A stretch of DNA of 64,000 nt from Gemmatimonadaceae bacterium (lineage in GTDB: Bacteria; Gemmatimonadota; Gemmatimonadetes; Gemmatimonadales; Gemmatimonadaceae). This document shows, in pieces, positions 34,872 through 43,400 of this stretch (positions are counted from its first letter, which is position 1; the number at the start of each line of letters is the position of its first letter). Both the position numbers and the translations under genes were made by a program. The notes beneath the pieces are model-generated. The model saw nothing but the letters and a program-made list of their open reading frames with translations, ran no database searches and was not told the origin of the DNA. The stretch is taken from the NCBI GenBank assembly GCA_045804325.1, contig JBJMNJ010000035.1, forward strand, positions 423 through 64,422, written 5' to 3'.

Positions 34872-37493
34872 TCACCCCGCGCGAAGGGCGACGTTCGGGT
34901 CGACGCTCGCCGCGCGGCGCACGGGCACGAGCAGCGCGGCCGCGCCGCAGACGGCGAGCAGCAGCACGGCGAGCGCCAGGGCGACCGGGTCGAACGGGGA
35001 CACGCCGTAGAGCAGCCCGCGCACCGTCCGCGCGACGAGCAGCACGCCGAGCGCACCGCCCGCGAGCCCGAGCGCCATCCACGCGGCGCCCTGGCGCAGG
35101 ACGAGCGCGGCGATCCCGCGGGGGGTCGACCCGAGCGCGAGGCGCACGCCGAACTCCCGCTCGCGCGCCGCGGCCATGCTGGCGAACATCGCGTACACGC
35201 CGACGGACGCGAGCACGAGCGCGAGCGCGCCGAACGCCGTCAGGAGGAGGACCGGCAGGCGGCGGCCCACGAGGCGCTCGTCCACGATTGCGCGCAGCGT
35301 CGTCGGCGCGCGCAGCGGCACCGCCGGATCGATCGCCGCCATCAGGCGCCGCATCGCGGGCAGGACGGCGAGCGGGTCGCCCTGCGTCCGCACGAGGAAG
35401 TCGCGGCCGCCCCACATGTCGTCCTGCCGGTTGGTCGCGTAGGCCATGGGGCCCGGAGTCGGGAGCGCGGGGTCCACGCGCACGTCGCGCACGACGCCGA
35501 CCACCACGCCCCACCGCTCCGCCGTGTGCGGGCTGATGCGGATGCGCGAGCCGACGGCGGCGCCCCGCGGCCAGTAGCGTCGCGCCATGGCCTGGCTGAC
35601 GATGATCGCCGGCGGCGCGTCGGGCCCGTCCTGCGGCCCGAACACGCGGCCCTCCACGAGGCCGATGCCCATGAGCCGGAAGTAGTCGTCGGACACCGAC
35701 ATGTAGGGGATGAACGTGGGGCCCTCGCCCGCGAGGGTGACGCCCTCGATCGTGAGCTTGTTCTGGCTCATCGTGGTCGACGGGATCTGCGTCACGCTGG
35801 CCACGGCGAGCACCCCCGGCTGCGCGGCGAGTCGCTCGTGCAACTCCTGGAACACCGCGTTGCGCGCCTGCGGCGTGGCGTAGCTCGCGGCGGGGAGCTC
35901 CACGCGGGCCGTCAGCACGCCGTCCGGCGTGAAGCCGAGCGGCGCGTTCGCGATCGCGAGCAGGCTCCGCACGAGCATCCCCGCCCCCGCGAGCAGGCTG
36001 AGGGAGAGCGCGAGCTGCGTCGCGACGAGCGCGCCGCGGAGTCCCCGCGCGCGCCGCCCCTCGCTCGTGGCGCGCCCCTCCTCGCGGAGCGTGCCCTGCG
36101 GCTGCCGGCGTGCCGCGGACAGGGCGGGCGCGAGGCCGAAGCCGACGCCGACGAGCAGGGCGGCGAGCAGCGTGACGAGCACGGCGCCGGGGTCGAGGGA
36201 GAGGTCGGCGTAGGGCGGCAGGGCGGAGCGCGCGAACGTCCGGACCGCCGCGAGCCCGAGGAGCGCGAGCGCGAGCCCCACCACGGCGCCGAGCATCGCC
36301 AGCAGCGTGGTCTCCGTCAGGAGCTGGCGGACCAGCCGGCCGCTGCCGGCCCCGAGGGCGACGCGCACGGCGAACTCGCGGCGCCTCGCGATGGTCCGCG
36401 AGAGCAGCGCGCCGGCGAGGTTGGCGCACGTGATGAGCAGGACGAGGCCGGCGCTCGTCATGAGCAGCAGGAGCGGCGTGCGCGTCTCGCCGACCATCGA
36501 GTCGCGGAGCGGCACCACGACGAGGCTCCGCCCCCGGTCCGTCTGCGGGTGCTCGCGCTCGAGGTCCGCGGCGAGGCGGTCGAGCTCGCGCTTGGCGGTC
36601 TCCGCGCTGGCGCCCGGCGCGAGGCGGCCGACGACGCCCAGCCAGTGCTGGTCGCGCGCGGAGGCGCCGCCGCGCAGTATCGCCTTCAGGTCGAGTGGGA
36701 AGACGATGTCGGCCGCGCCCATCGGACCCACGTAGTCGGCGGGCAGCACGCCGACCACCTCCGCCGCGCTGCGCTCGATGCGGAGCGTGCGCCCGACGAC
36801 GCTCGAGTCGCCGCCGAACTCCCGCTGCCAGGCGTCGTGGCTGAGCAGCGCGGCGTTGGAGGTGGCGTCCGCCGCGGTGAGCGTGCGACCGAGCGCGGCG
36901 TGCACACCCAGGGTGGAGAAGTAGTCCGGGGTGACGAACGCTGCCGCGAGCACGCGTGCGCCGGCATCCCCGAGGAACGCGACGTCGAACGTGCTGAAGT
37001 TGAACGACGCCACGGACGAGAACGACCGCGCGCGCTCGTCGATGTCCGCCGCCGCGCCGGGACTCACGGAGGAGCGCTCCATCTCCGAGGCGGCGAAGCG
37101 CGAGTACACGCGCACGAGGCGGTCCGCGTCGCGGTACGGGAGGGCGTCGAGGAGCACTGACTTCACGACGCCGAAGACGGCCGCGTTGGCTCCGATGCCA
37201 AGCGCCAGCGTCAGCACCGCCAGCAGCGCGAACAGCGGCGCGCGGCGGAGCTGGCGCAGGGCGAAGCGCACGTCGCGCGCGAGGGCGTCGAGCCAGAGCA
37301 CGCGGCGCGACTCGTAGAAGCGCTCCTGCGCGCCGGCGACGTTGCCGAAGCGCCGCCGCGCCTCGTCACGCGCGGCCTCCGCGCCCCACCCTTCGGCCCG
37401 CAGCTGCTCGGCCTCGAGCTCGATGTGCGCGCGGATCTCCTCGCCGAAGTCGGCGTCGGGGCGCGCGCGGCGCGCCCAGCGGTTCCATCTCAT
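34872..37493 (-). CDS. ADOP-type MacB/FtsX duplicated orphan permease
   Basis: Frame of ORF 34872..37646, trimmed to ATG 37493, which is 5 nt after the PadR stop. EEIRAHIELEAEQLRAEGWGAEAARDEARRRFGNVAGAQE, then DVRFALRQLRRAPLFALLAVLTLALGIGA, and two FtsX modules. Confidence 0.9.
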   Translation of the reverse strand: MRWNRWARRARPDADFGEEIRAHIELEAEQLRAEGWGAEAARDEARRRFGNVAGAQERFYESRRVLWLDALARDVRFALRQLRRAPLFALLAVLTLALGIGANAAVFGVVKSVLLDALPYRDADRLVRVYSRFAASEMERSSVSPGAAADIDERARSFSSVASFNFSTFDVAFLGDAGARVLAAAFVTPDYFSTLGVHAALGRTLTAADATSNAALLSHDAWQREFGGDSSVVGRTLRIERSAAEVVGVLPADYVGPMGAADIVFPLDLKAILRGGASARDQHWLGVVGRLAPGASAETAKRELDRLAADLEREHPQTDRGRSLVVVPLRDSMVGETRTPLLLLMTSAGLVLLITCANLAGALLSRTIARRREFAVRVALGAGSGRLVRQLLTETTLLAMLGAVVGLALALLGLAAVRTFARSALPPYADLSLDPGAVLVTLLAALLVGVGFGLAPALSAARRQPQGTLREEGRATSEGRRARGLRGALVATQLALSLSLLAGAGMLVRSLLAIANAPLGFTPDGVLTARVELPAASYATPQARNAVFQELHERLAAQPGVLAVASVTQIPSTTMSQNKLTIEGVTLAGEGPTFIPYMSVSDDYFRLMGIGLVEGRVFGPQDGPDAPPAIIVSQAMARRYWPRGAAVGSRIRISPHTAERWGVVVGVVRDVRVDPALPTPGPMAYATNRQDDMWGGRDFLVRTQGDPLAVLPAMRRLMAAIDPAVPLRAPTTLRAIVDERLVGRRLPVLLLTAFGALALVLASVGVYAMFASMAAAREREFGVRLALGSTPRGIAALVLRQGAAWMALGLAGGALGVLLVARTVRGLLYGVSPFDPVALALAVLLLAVCGAAALLVPVRRAASVDPNVALRAG

Positions 37494-37498
37494 CGCGA

Positions 37499-37861
37499 CT
37501 ACCCCTCCGCCGTCTCGGGCCCGAGGATGAGGGACACGGCCCGCACGAGCGAGAGCCACTGCGACGTCTCGCGGGCGAGCTGCTTGCGGCCGGCGGCGGT
37601 GAGCTCGTAATAGCGCGCCTTCCGGTTGTTCTCCGAGACGCCCCACTCGGCGCGCACCCAGCCGCGCGCCTCCAGGCGCTGGAGCGCGGGGTAGAGCGAG
37701 CCGTGGTCCACGAGGAGCGCCTCCTCGGAGCGCTGCTGGATGGCGCGCGCGATCCCCTGCCCGTGCGCGGGGCGGAAGACGAGCGTGCGGAGGATGAGAA
37801 GGTCGAGCGTGCCCTGGAGGATGGCGGCGCGCTCGTCGCGGGCGTCGTTTCGGGTAGCCAT
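37499..37861 (-). CDS. PadR-family transcriptional regulator
   Basis: 120-aa [59 protein letters not shown]...RYYELTAAG. Confidence 0.9.
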   Translation of the reverse strand: MATRNDARDERAAILQGTLDLLILRTLVFRPAHGQGIARAIQQRSEEALLVDHGSLYPALQRLEARGWVRAEWGVSENNRKARYYELTAAGRKQLARETSQWLSLVRAVSLILGPETAEG

Positions 37862-37893
37862 TCTACCCGAGAGTACGCCCGCTCGGGTAGAAT
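37851..37893. promoter_or_regulatory. candidate PadR operator: three CGGGTAG/CTACCCG half-sites forming two inverted repeats
   Basis: CGGGTAG at 37851-37857, CTACCCG at 37863-37869, CGGGTAG at 37884-37890. The perfect 12-bp arms attctacccgag (37860-37871) and ctcgggtagaat (37882-37893) have a 10-nt spacer. The first arm overlaps the PadR ATG (37861). Confidence 0.5.
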
Positions 37894-37973
37894 GTCAACC
37901 CGAGTGCACCCTTGCGCCCTCTCGGCGCGCAGGGCACGAATCCAGCGTGCCTCCCGTGCGCCTCCCAGGATTC

Positions 37974-39527
37974 ATGACCTCGCCAGCACCGCCCCCCGCA
38001 CCGCCCGAGAACCCGCTGTCACCCGTCGAGCGCCGGCGGCTCCGGCGCGGCCGCAACGCGCGCCTGCCCGTCGCGCTGGTGCTGGGCTCGCTCCTGGCGG
38101 TCGTATTGCTCCCGATCATGACGGACCGGCGCACCGACCGCCTCCGCGACGAGCTCAACGAGGCCGTGGGCCCCGCGCGCGCGCACGTCGCCGAGATCCA
38201 GACGACGCTCGCGCTCGAGGCCGCCGCGCGGCGCGGCTACCTGCTCACGGGGGACCGCCAGCTCGCCCGCAGCGTCGGCGAGTCGCGCGAGCGGCGCCGC
38301 GCGGCCGAGCGGGAGCTCGCGGCGCTGGCCGAGCGGCTCGACGGCAAGGTCGCGCGCACCGAGGGCGAGCTCGCGCGCCGGCTGGTCGCGGCGGACGCGC
38401 ACCTCGACTCCGTGTTCGCCACCGGCGACTCCAGCGCCGCGTACGTGGCGGCGTTGAGCAAGCAGCAGGCGCGCTTCCGCGACGTGATCCAGGCGGCCGA
38501 CAGCGTGGACGCCGCGCTCGTCGTCGCCTCGCTCGAGCGGCAGGACGCGATCCAGCGCACGGAGCAGCGCAGCGTGATGCTCACCGTCGCGCTCGTCCTC
38601 CTCGCCCTGTCGGCCGCCGCCGTCGTGGCGCACCTCGGCCGCGGCTTCCGCTCGCTCGCGCTCCGGCTGGACGAGAGCGAGTCGCGCTTCCGCGAGCTCG
38701 CCGAGGAGCGCGAGCGGCTCCTGCGGAGCGAGCGCGACGCGCGCGCGGCCTCCGAGGCGCGGCGCGAGGAGCTCGAGCGCGTCACCGAGAGCCGCGCGCG
38801 CCTCATCCGCGGCTTCACGCACGACGTGAAGAACCCGCTCGGCGCGGCCGACGGCTACCTCGAGCTGCTGCAGACGGGGATCTACGGCGCCCTCGCCGCG
38901 ACCCAGCACGAGGCCGTCGGCAAGGTGCGCCGCTCCATCCGCGTCGCGCTCGACCTCATCGGCCACCTGCTCGACCTCGCACGCGCCGAGTCGGGGCAGC
39001 TCGACCTGCGGCGCGAGCCGGTGGACGTGCGCGAGACGGCGCGCGAGGTGCTGGAGGAGTTCTCCGCGCAGGCCGCCGCGAAGTCGCTGCGCATGGCGCT
39101 CGACCTCCCGCCGGAGCTGCCGCCGCTCGAGACGGACCCGGGCCGCACGCGCCAGATCCTCGCGAACCTCGTCTCGAACGCGGTGAAGTACACGCCGGAG
39201 GGCGGGCGCATCACGGTGCGCGTGCGCGAGTGCTCGGACGGTGCCGCGCCGGCCGCGGGCGCGTGGGCGGCGGTGGACGTCGAGGACACCGGGCACGGCA
39301 TCCGGCCCGATCAGCAGGCGCTGCTCTTCGACGAGTTCACGCGCTTCGACCCGGAGGCGGCGCAGGGGAGTGGGATCGGCCTCGCGATCAGCGATCGCAT
39401 CGCGCGCGCGCTCCGCGGGCGGATCACCGTGCGGAGCGCGGTCGGCGCGGGGAGCACGTTCACGCTCTGGCTGCCGCTCGGGCGTGACGGCGCCCCGCCC
39501 GCGTCGACCGCGTCCGACGGGCGCTGA
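37974..39527 (+). CDS. CHASE3-like sensor histidine kinase (orphan)
   Basis: Frame of ORF 37740..39527, trimmed to ATG 37974. One TM segment, then ALEAAARRGYLLTGDRQLA (CHASE3-like RGYLLTGD motif). H-box FTHDVKNPLGAA and HATPase boxes (LVSNAVKYT, DTGHGI, GSGIGLAIS). Confidence 0.85.
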   Translation: MTSPAPPPAPPENPLSPVERRRLRRGRNARLPVALVLGSLLAVVLLPIMTDRRTDRLRDELNEAVGPARAHVAEIQTTLALEAAARRGYLLTGDRQLARSVGESRERRRAAERELAALAERLDGKVARTEGELARRLVAADAHLDSVFATGDSSAAYVAALSKQQARFRDVIQAADSVDAALVVASLERQDAIQRTEQRSVMLTVALVLLALSAAAVVAHLGRGFRSLALRLDESESRFRELAEERERLLRSERDARAASEARREELERVTESRARLIRGFTHDVKNPLGAADGYLELLQTGIYGALAATQHEAVGKVRRSIRVALDLIGHLLDLARAESGQLDLRREPVDVRETAREVLEEFSAQAAAKSLRMALDLPPELPPLETDPGRTRQILANLVSNAVKYTPEGGRITVRVRECSDGAAPAAGAWAAVDVEDTGHGIRPDQQALLFDEFTRFDPEAAQGSGIGLAISDRIARALRGRITVRSAVGAGSTFTLWLPLGRDGAPPASTASDGR

Positions 39528-40585
39528 TGGGCGCGGGCGACGGCGCCCGCGAGCGGGCGCGCGCGCTCGTGCTGCGCCACGGCTGGAACGTCGCGTCCTA
39601 CCAGATCCTCAACCCGGGCATGCGGCTCTGGTTCGCGGCGGCCGGCGACGCCGTCGCGGGCTACGTCGCGCACGCGCGCACGTGGGTCGTCGCGGGCGCG
39701 CCCGTCTGCGCGGACGACCGGCTGCCCGGCGTGGCGGCGGAGCTCGAGTCGGCCGCGCGCGCGACGGGAGCGCGGGTGGTGTACTTCGGCGCCGGCGCGC
39801 GCCTCGAGCGCCTCTACGCGCCGCGCCGCACGCACCGCCTGCTCCTCCTCGGCGCGCAGCCGGTGTGGGACGCGCCCGGGTGGCCCGACGTCGTGCGCCA
39901 CAAGGCCTCGCTGCGCGCGCAGCTCAACCGCGCGCGCAACAAGGGCGTCGCCGTGCGCGAGTGGCCCTCCACCGAGGCGCAGGGACACCCCGCGCTCCGC
40001 GCCGTGCTGGACGAGTGGCTGTCCACGCGCGGGCTCCCGCCGCTGCACTTCATGACCGAGCCCGACACGCTCGGCGACCTGCGCGACCGGCGCGTGTTCG
40101 TCGCCGAGAGCGGCGGGCCCGTGGCGTTCCTCGTCGCGACGCCGGTGCCGGCGCGGCACGGCTGGCTCGTGGAGCAGTGGCCGCGCGCGGCGCGCGCGCC
40201 GAACGGCACGACGCACCTGCTCGTGGACGCGGCGATGCGCGCGCTCGCGGCGGACGGCGCGCACTACGTGTCCCTCGGGCTCGCGCCGCTGTCGGACCGC
40301 GCGGGCGCCATCGGCGAGGGGGAGCCGGCGTGGCTGCGGCTGCTGCTCCGCTGGCTCCGCGCGCACGGGCGGCGCTTCTACAACTTCGCGGGCCTGGACG
40401 CGTTCAAGGCGAGCCTCGCCCCGCACGCGTGGGAGCCGATCTACGCGATCGCGCCGGGGCGCCTCGGGCCGCGCACGCTGGCGGCGGTGGCGGGCGCGTT
40501 CGGCGGCGGCTCGCCGCTGCGGCTGGTGGCGACGGCGCTCGTGATGGCGGCCGCGCGCGAGGCGCGGGCGCTCCTAGCCAGGTGA
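39527..40585 (+). CDS. stand-alone DUF2156 / LPG_synthase_C-like (aminoacyl-phosphatidylglycerol synthase C-terminal domain) protein
   Basis: 352-aa ORF whose ATG shares one base with the kinase TGA (TGATG). HGWNVASYQILNPGM...LHFMTEP...YNFAGLDAFKASLAPHAWEPIY resembles the MprF C-terminal transferase domain. Confidence 0.7.
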   Translation: MGAGDGARERARALVLRHGWNVASYQILNPGMRLWFAAAGDAVAGYVAHARTWVVAGAPVCADDRLPGVAAELESAARATGARVVYFGAGARLERLYAPRRTHRLLLLGAQPVWDAPGWPDVVRHKASLRAQLNRARNKGVAVREWPSTEAQGHPALRAVLDEWLSTRGLPPLHFMTEPDTLGDLRDRRVFVAESGGPVAFLVATPVPARHGWLVEQWPRAARAPNGTTHLLVDAAMRALAADGAHYVSLGLAPLSDRAGAIGEGEPAWLRLLLRWLRAHGRRFYNFAGLDAFKASLAPHAWEPIYAIAPGRLGPRTLAAVAGAFGGGSPLRLVATALVMAAAREARALLAR

Positions 40586-43396
40586 CCGGCGCGCCCGCCG
40601 CACGCGCCCCACGAGCTTCGACGCCTCGCGCACCCAGAGCACCGTGCTCGCGGCGGCGAGGCACCGGAGCCAGTCGCCCGGGCCGAGCGCCACGGTGCCG
40701 AACGCCCGCTGGAAGGCGGGCACGTAGAGGACGAGCGGGTGCAGCGCGAGCGACAGGGCGAGCGCGCCCCACAGCCAGCGGTTCGCGAAGAGGTCCGCGA
40801 ACGCGCTCCGCGCGTCCGAGCGCGCGTTGAAGGCGTTGAAGAGCTGCGCCACCACCAGCGTCGTGAACGCCATGGTCTGCGCGTAGGGCAGCGTGCCGCT
40901 CCCCGGGATCATGCCCCCGGGAAGCGAGGCGTCGAGCACGAAGAGCACGCTCGCCGCCATCGCGACGCCGACGAGCACGATCCCGCGCCACATCCGCGCG
41001 GTGACCACGCCCTCGCCGGGCGCGCGCGGCGCGCGCCGCATCAGCCCTTCGTCCGCGGGGTCCACGCCGAGCGCGAGCGCGGGCGCCCCGTCCGTCACGA
41101 GGTTCACCCAGAGGATCTGCGTGGCGAGCAGCGGCAGCGCCACGCCGCCCTCGGGCTTCGGCAGGCCGATGCGATGCGCGAGGAGCACGCCGAAGAACAT
41201 CGTGAGCACCTCGCCGATGTTCGACGAGAGCAGGTAGCGCAGGAACTTCCGGATGTTCGCGAAGATCGCGCGCCCCTCCTCCACCGCGGCGACGATCGTC
41301 GCGAAGTCGTCGTCGGCGAGTACGATGTCCGCCGCCTCCTTCGACACGTCGGTGCCGGTGATCCCCATCGCGACGCCGATGTCCGCGGTCTTGAGCGCCG
41401 GCGCGTCGTTCACCCCGTCGCCGGTCATCGCGACGACCGCGCCCCGGCGCTGGAGCGCGCGCACGATGCGCAGCTTGTGCTCCGGCGCGACGCGCGCGTA
41501 GACCGAGACGCCCGCGACGAGGTCCGCCAGCGCCTCCTCCGCCAGCCGCTCGAGCTCCGCCCCCGTCGCCACGCGCCCGTCCTCGGCGATCCCCAGCTCG
41601 CGCGCGATCACGGCCGCCGTGCGCGGGTGGTCGCCCGTGATCATCATCGGCCTGATCCCCGCCGACCGCGCGCGCTCGACGGCCGCGGCCGCCTCGGCGC
41701 GCGGCGGGTCGATCATCCCGATCAGCCCCGCGAACACCAGGTCGTGCTCCACCGCCTGCTCCGTCGCGGCGTCGAGCGCGGCGGCGTCCTCGTCGGGCAC
41801 GCGGCGGATCGCGACGCCGAGCGTGCGCAGCGCCTGGCCGGCGAGCTCCTCGTTGAGCCGCAGCAGCTCCGCCCGCCGCTCGGCCTCGAGCGGGCGCGGC
41901 GTCTCCCCCACCAGCTCGTGCGTGCAGCGCGCGAGCAGCACGTCGGGCGCGCCCTTCGTGAACACCGTGAAGCGGTCCTCGCGCGCGGCGTCGCGGTGCA
42001 CGGTGCTCATGAGCTTCCGCTCCGACGAGAACGGCACCTCGCCCACGCGCCGGAACCGGCTCTCGAGCGCCTCCGCCCGGAGCCCCGCCTTGCGCGCGGC
42101 CGCGAGCAGCGCGCCCTCGGTGGGGTCGCCGAGCACGGTCCACGCGCCGTCCTTCTCCTGGAGCGTCGCGTTGCTCGCGCGGTCCGCCGCCGCGAGCGCG
42201 CGCTCGAGCTCCGCGCGGAGCGCGCCCTCCACGCGGCCGCCGCCGTCGCACCGCACCTCGCCCGCGGGCTCGTACCCCGTGCCCTCGAAGCGCACGCGCC
42301 CGCTCGCCGTCGCCACGACGCGCACGGTCATCTCGTTGCGGGTGAGCGTCCCCGTCTTGTCCGACGCGATCACCGTCGCGGAGCCGAGCGTCTCGACCGC
42401 GGAGAGGTGGCGCACGATGGCGTTCCGCCGCGCCATGCGCTGCACGCCGAGCGAGAGGACCGCCGTCACCACCGCGGGCAGCCCCTCGGGGACGGCGGCC
42501 ACGGCGAGCGCGACGCCGAGCAGCAGCACGTCGAGCAGCGCCGCCAGCCCACGCACGTGGTCCACGAGGACGATCGTCACGATCATCACGACGGCGATGG
42601 CGATCACGACGGCGCCGAGCATGCGGCCGGTGCGGTCGAGCTCGCGCTGGAGCGGCGTCTGCTCCTCGCGCGCCTCGTCGAGCAGGCCGGCGATGCGGCC
42701 CATCTCGGTCTGCATCCCCGTGGCGGTGATGACGGCGGTGCCGTGGCCGTACGTCGCCGCCGTGCCGCTGAACAGCATGTCGCTCCGGTCGCCGATGGCC
42801 GCGTCGGCGGGCGCGGGCGCGACGTCCTTCGTGACGGGCAGGCTCTCGCCCGTCAGCGCCGCCTCGGCCGTCTGGAGCGCGGAGGCCTCGAGGACGCGCG
42901 CGTCGGCGGGGATGGTGTCGCCTTCCTCGACGAGCAGGACGTCGCCGGGGACGAGCTCCGCGGACGGCACGCGACGCCGTGCGCCGCCGCGGATCACGCT
43001 CGCCTCCGCCGCCGTCATCGCGCGCAGCGCCGCCACCGCCGCCTCGGCGCGCGACTCCTGGAGGAAGCCCATGACGGCGTTGAGCAGCACGACCGCGAGG
43101 ATCGCCAGCGCCTCGTAGGGCAGCGCCGTCTCGCGCTCCGCCGCCCACAGCCCGGCCGACACGGCCGTGGCGACGAGGAGCAGGATGACGAGCACGTCGC
43201 CGAACTGCGCGAGGAAGCGCCGCCAGGCGGGCACCGGCGGCTTCGACGCGAGCACGTTCGGCCCGTGGCGGGCGAGGCGCTCGCGGGCCTCCTCCTCGGT
43301 GAGCCCGCGCCGCGCGTCGGTGGCGAGCGCGCGGACGACGGCGGCCGCGTCCTGCGCGTGCGGCGCGTCGCGGGGCCGTTCCGCTACGTCCCCCAC
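40574..43396 (-). CDS. cation-transporting P-type ATPase (P2-type, Ca2+/Mg2+-ATPase-like)
   Basis: 940-aa ORF with DKTGTLT phosphorylation motif, TGES, MITGDHPRTA and TGDGVNDAPALK. N-terminal cation-ATPase_N-like GLTEEEARERLARHGPN. GTG start at 43396. Confidence 0.95.
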   Translation of the reverse strand: MGDVAERPRDAPHAQDAAAVVRALATDARRGLTEEEARERLARHGPNVLASKPPVPAWRRFLAQFGDVLVILLLVATAVSAGLWAAERETALPYEALAILAVVLLNAVMGFLQESRAEAAVAALRAMTAAEASVIRGGARRRVPSAELVPGDVLLVEEGDTIPADARVLEASALQTAEAALTGESLPVTKDVAPAPADAAIGDRSDMLFSGTAATYGHGTAVITATGMQTEMGRIAGLLDEAREEQTPLQRELDRTGRMLGAVVIAIAVVMIVTIVLVDHVRGLAALLDVLLLGVALAVAAVPEGLPAVVTAVLSLGVQRMARRNAIVRHLSAVETLGSATVIASDKTGTLTRNEMTVRVVATASGRVRFEGTGYEPAGEVRCDGGGRVEGALRAELERALAAADRASNATLQEKDGAWTVLGDPTEGALLAAARKAGLRAEALESRFRRVGEVPFSSERKLMSTVHRDAAREDRFTVFTKGAPDVLLARCTHELVGETPRPLEAERRAELLRLNEELAGQALRTLGVAIRRVPDEDAAALDAATEQAVEHDLVFAGLIGMIDPPRAEAAAAVERARSAGIRPMMITGDHPRTAAVIARELGIAEDGRVATGAELERLAEEALADLVAGVSVYARVAPEHKLRIVRALQRRGAVVAMTGDGVNDAPALKTADIGVAMGITGTDVSKEAADIVLADDDFATIVAAVEEGRAIFANIRKFLRYLLSSNIGEVLTMFFGVLLAHRIGLPKPEGGVALPLLATQILWVNLVTDGAPALALGVDPADEGLMRRAPRAPGEGVVTARMWRGIVLVGVAMAASVLFVLDASLPGGMIPGSGTLPYAQTMAFTTLVVAQLFNAFNARSDARSAFADLFANRWLWGALALSLALHPLVLYVPAFQRAFGTVALGPGDWLRCLAAASTVLWVREASKLVGRVRRARRSPG

Positions 43397-43400
43397 GGCG

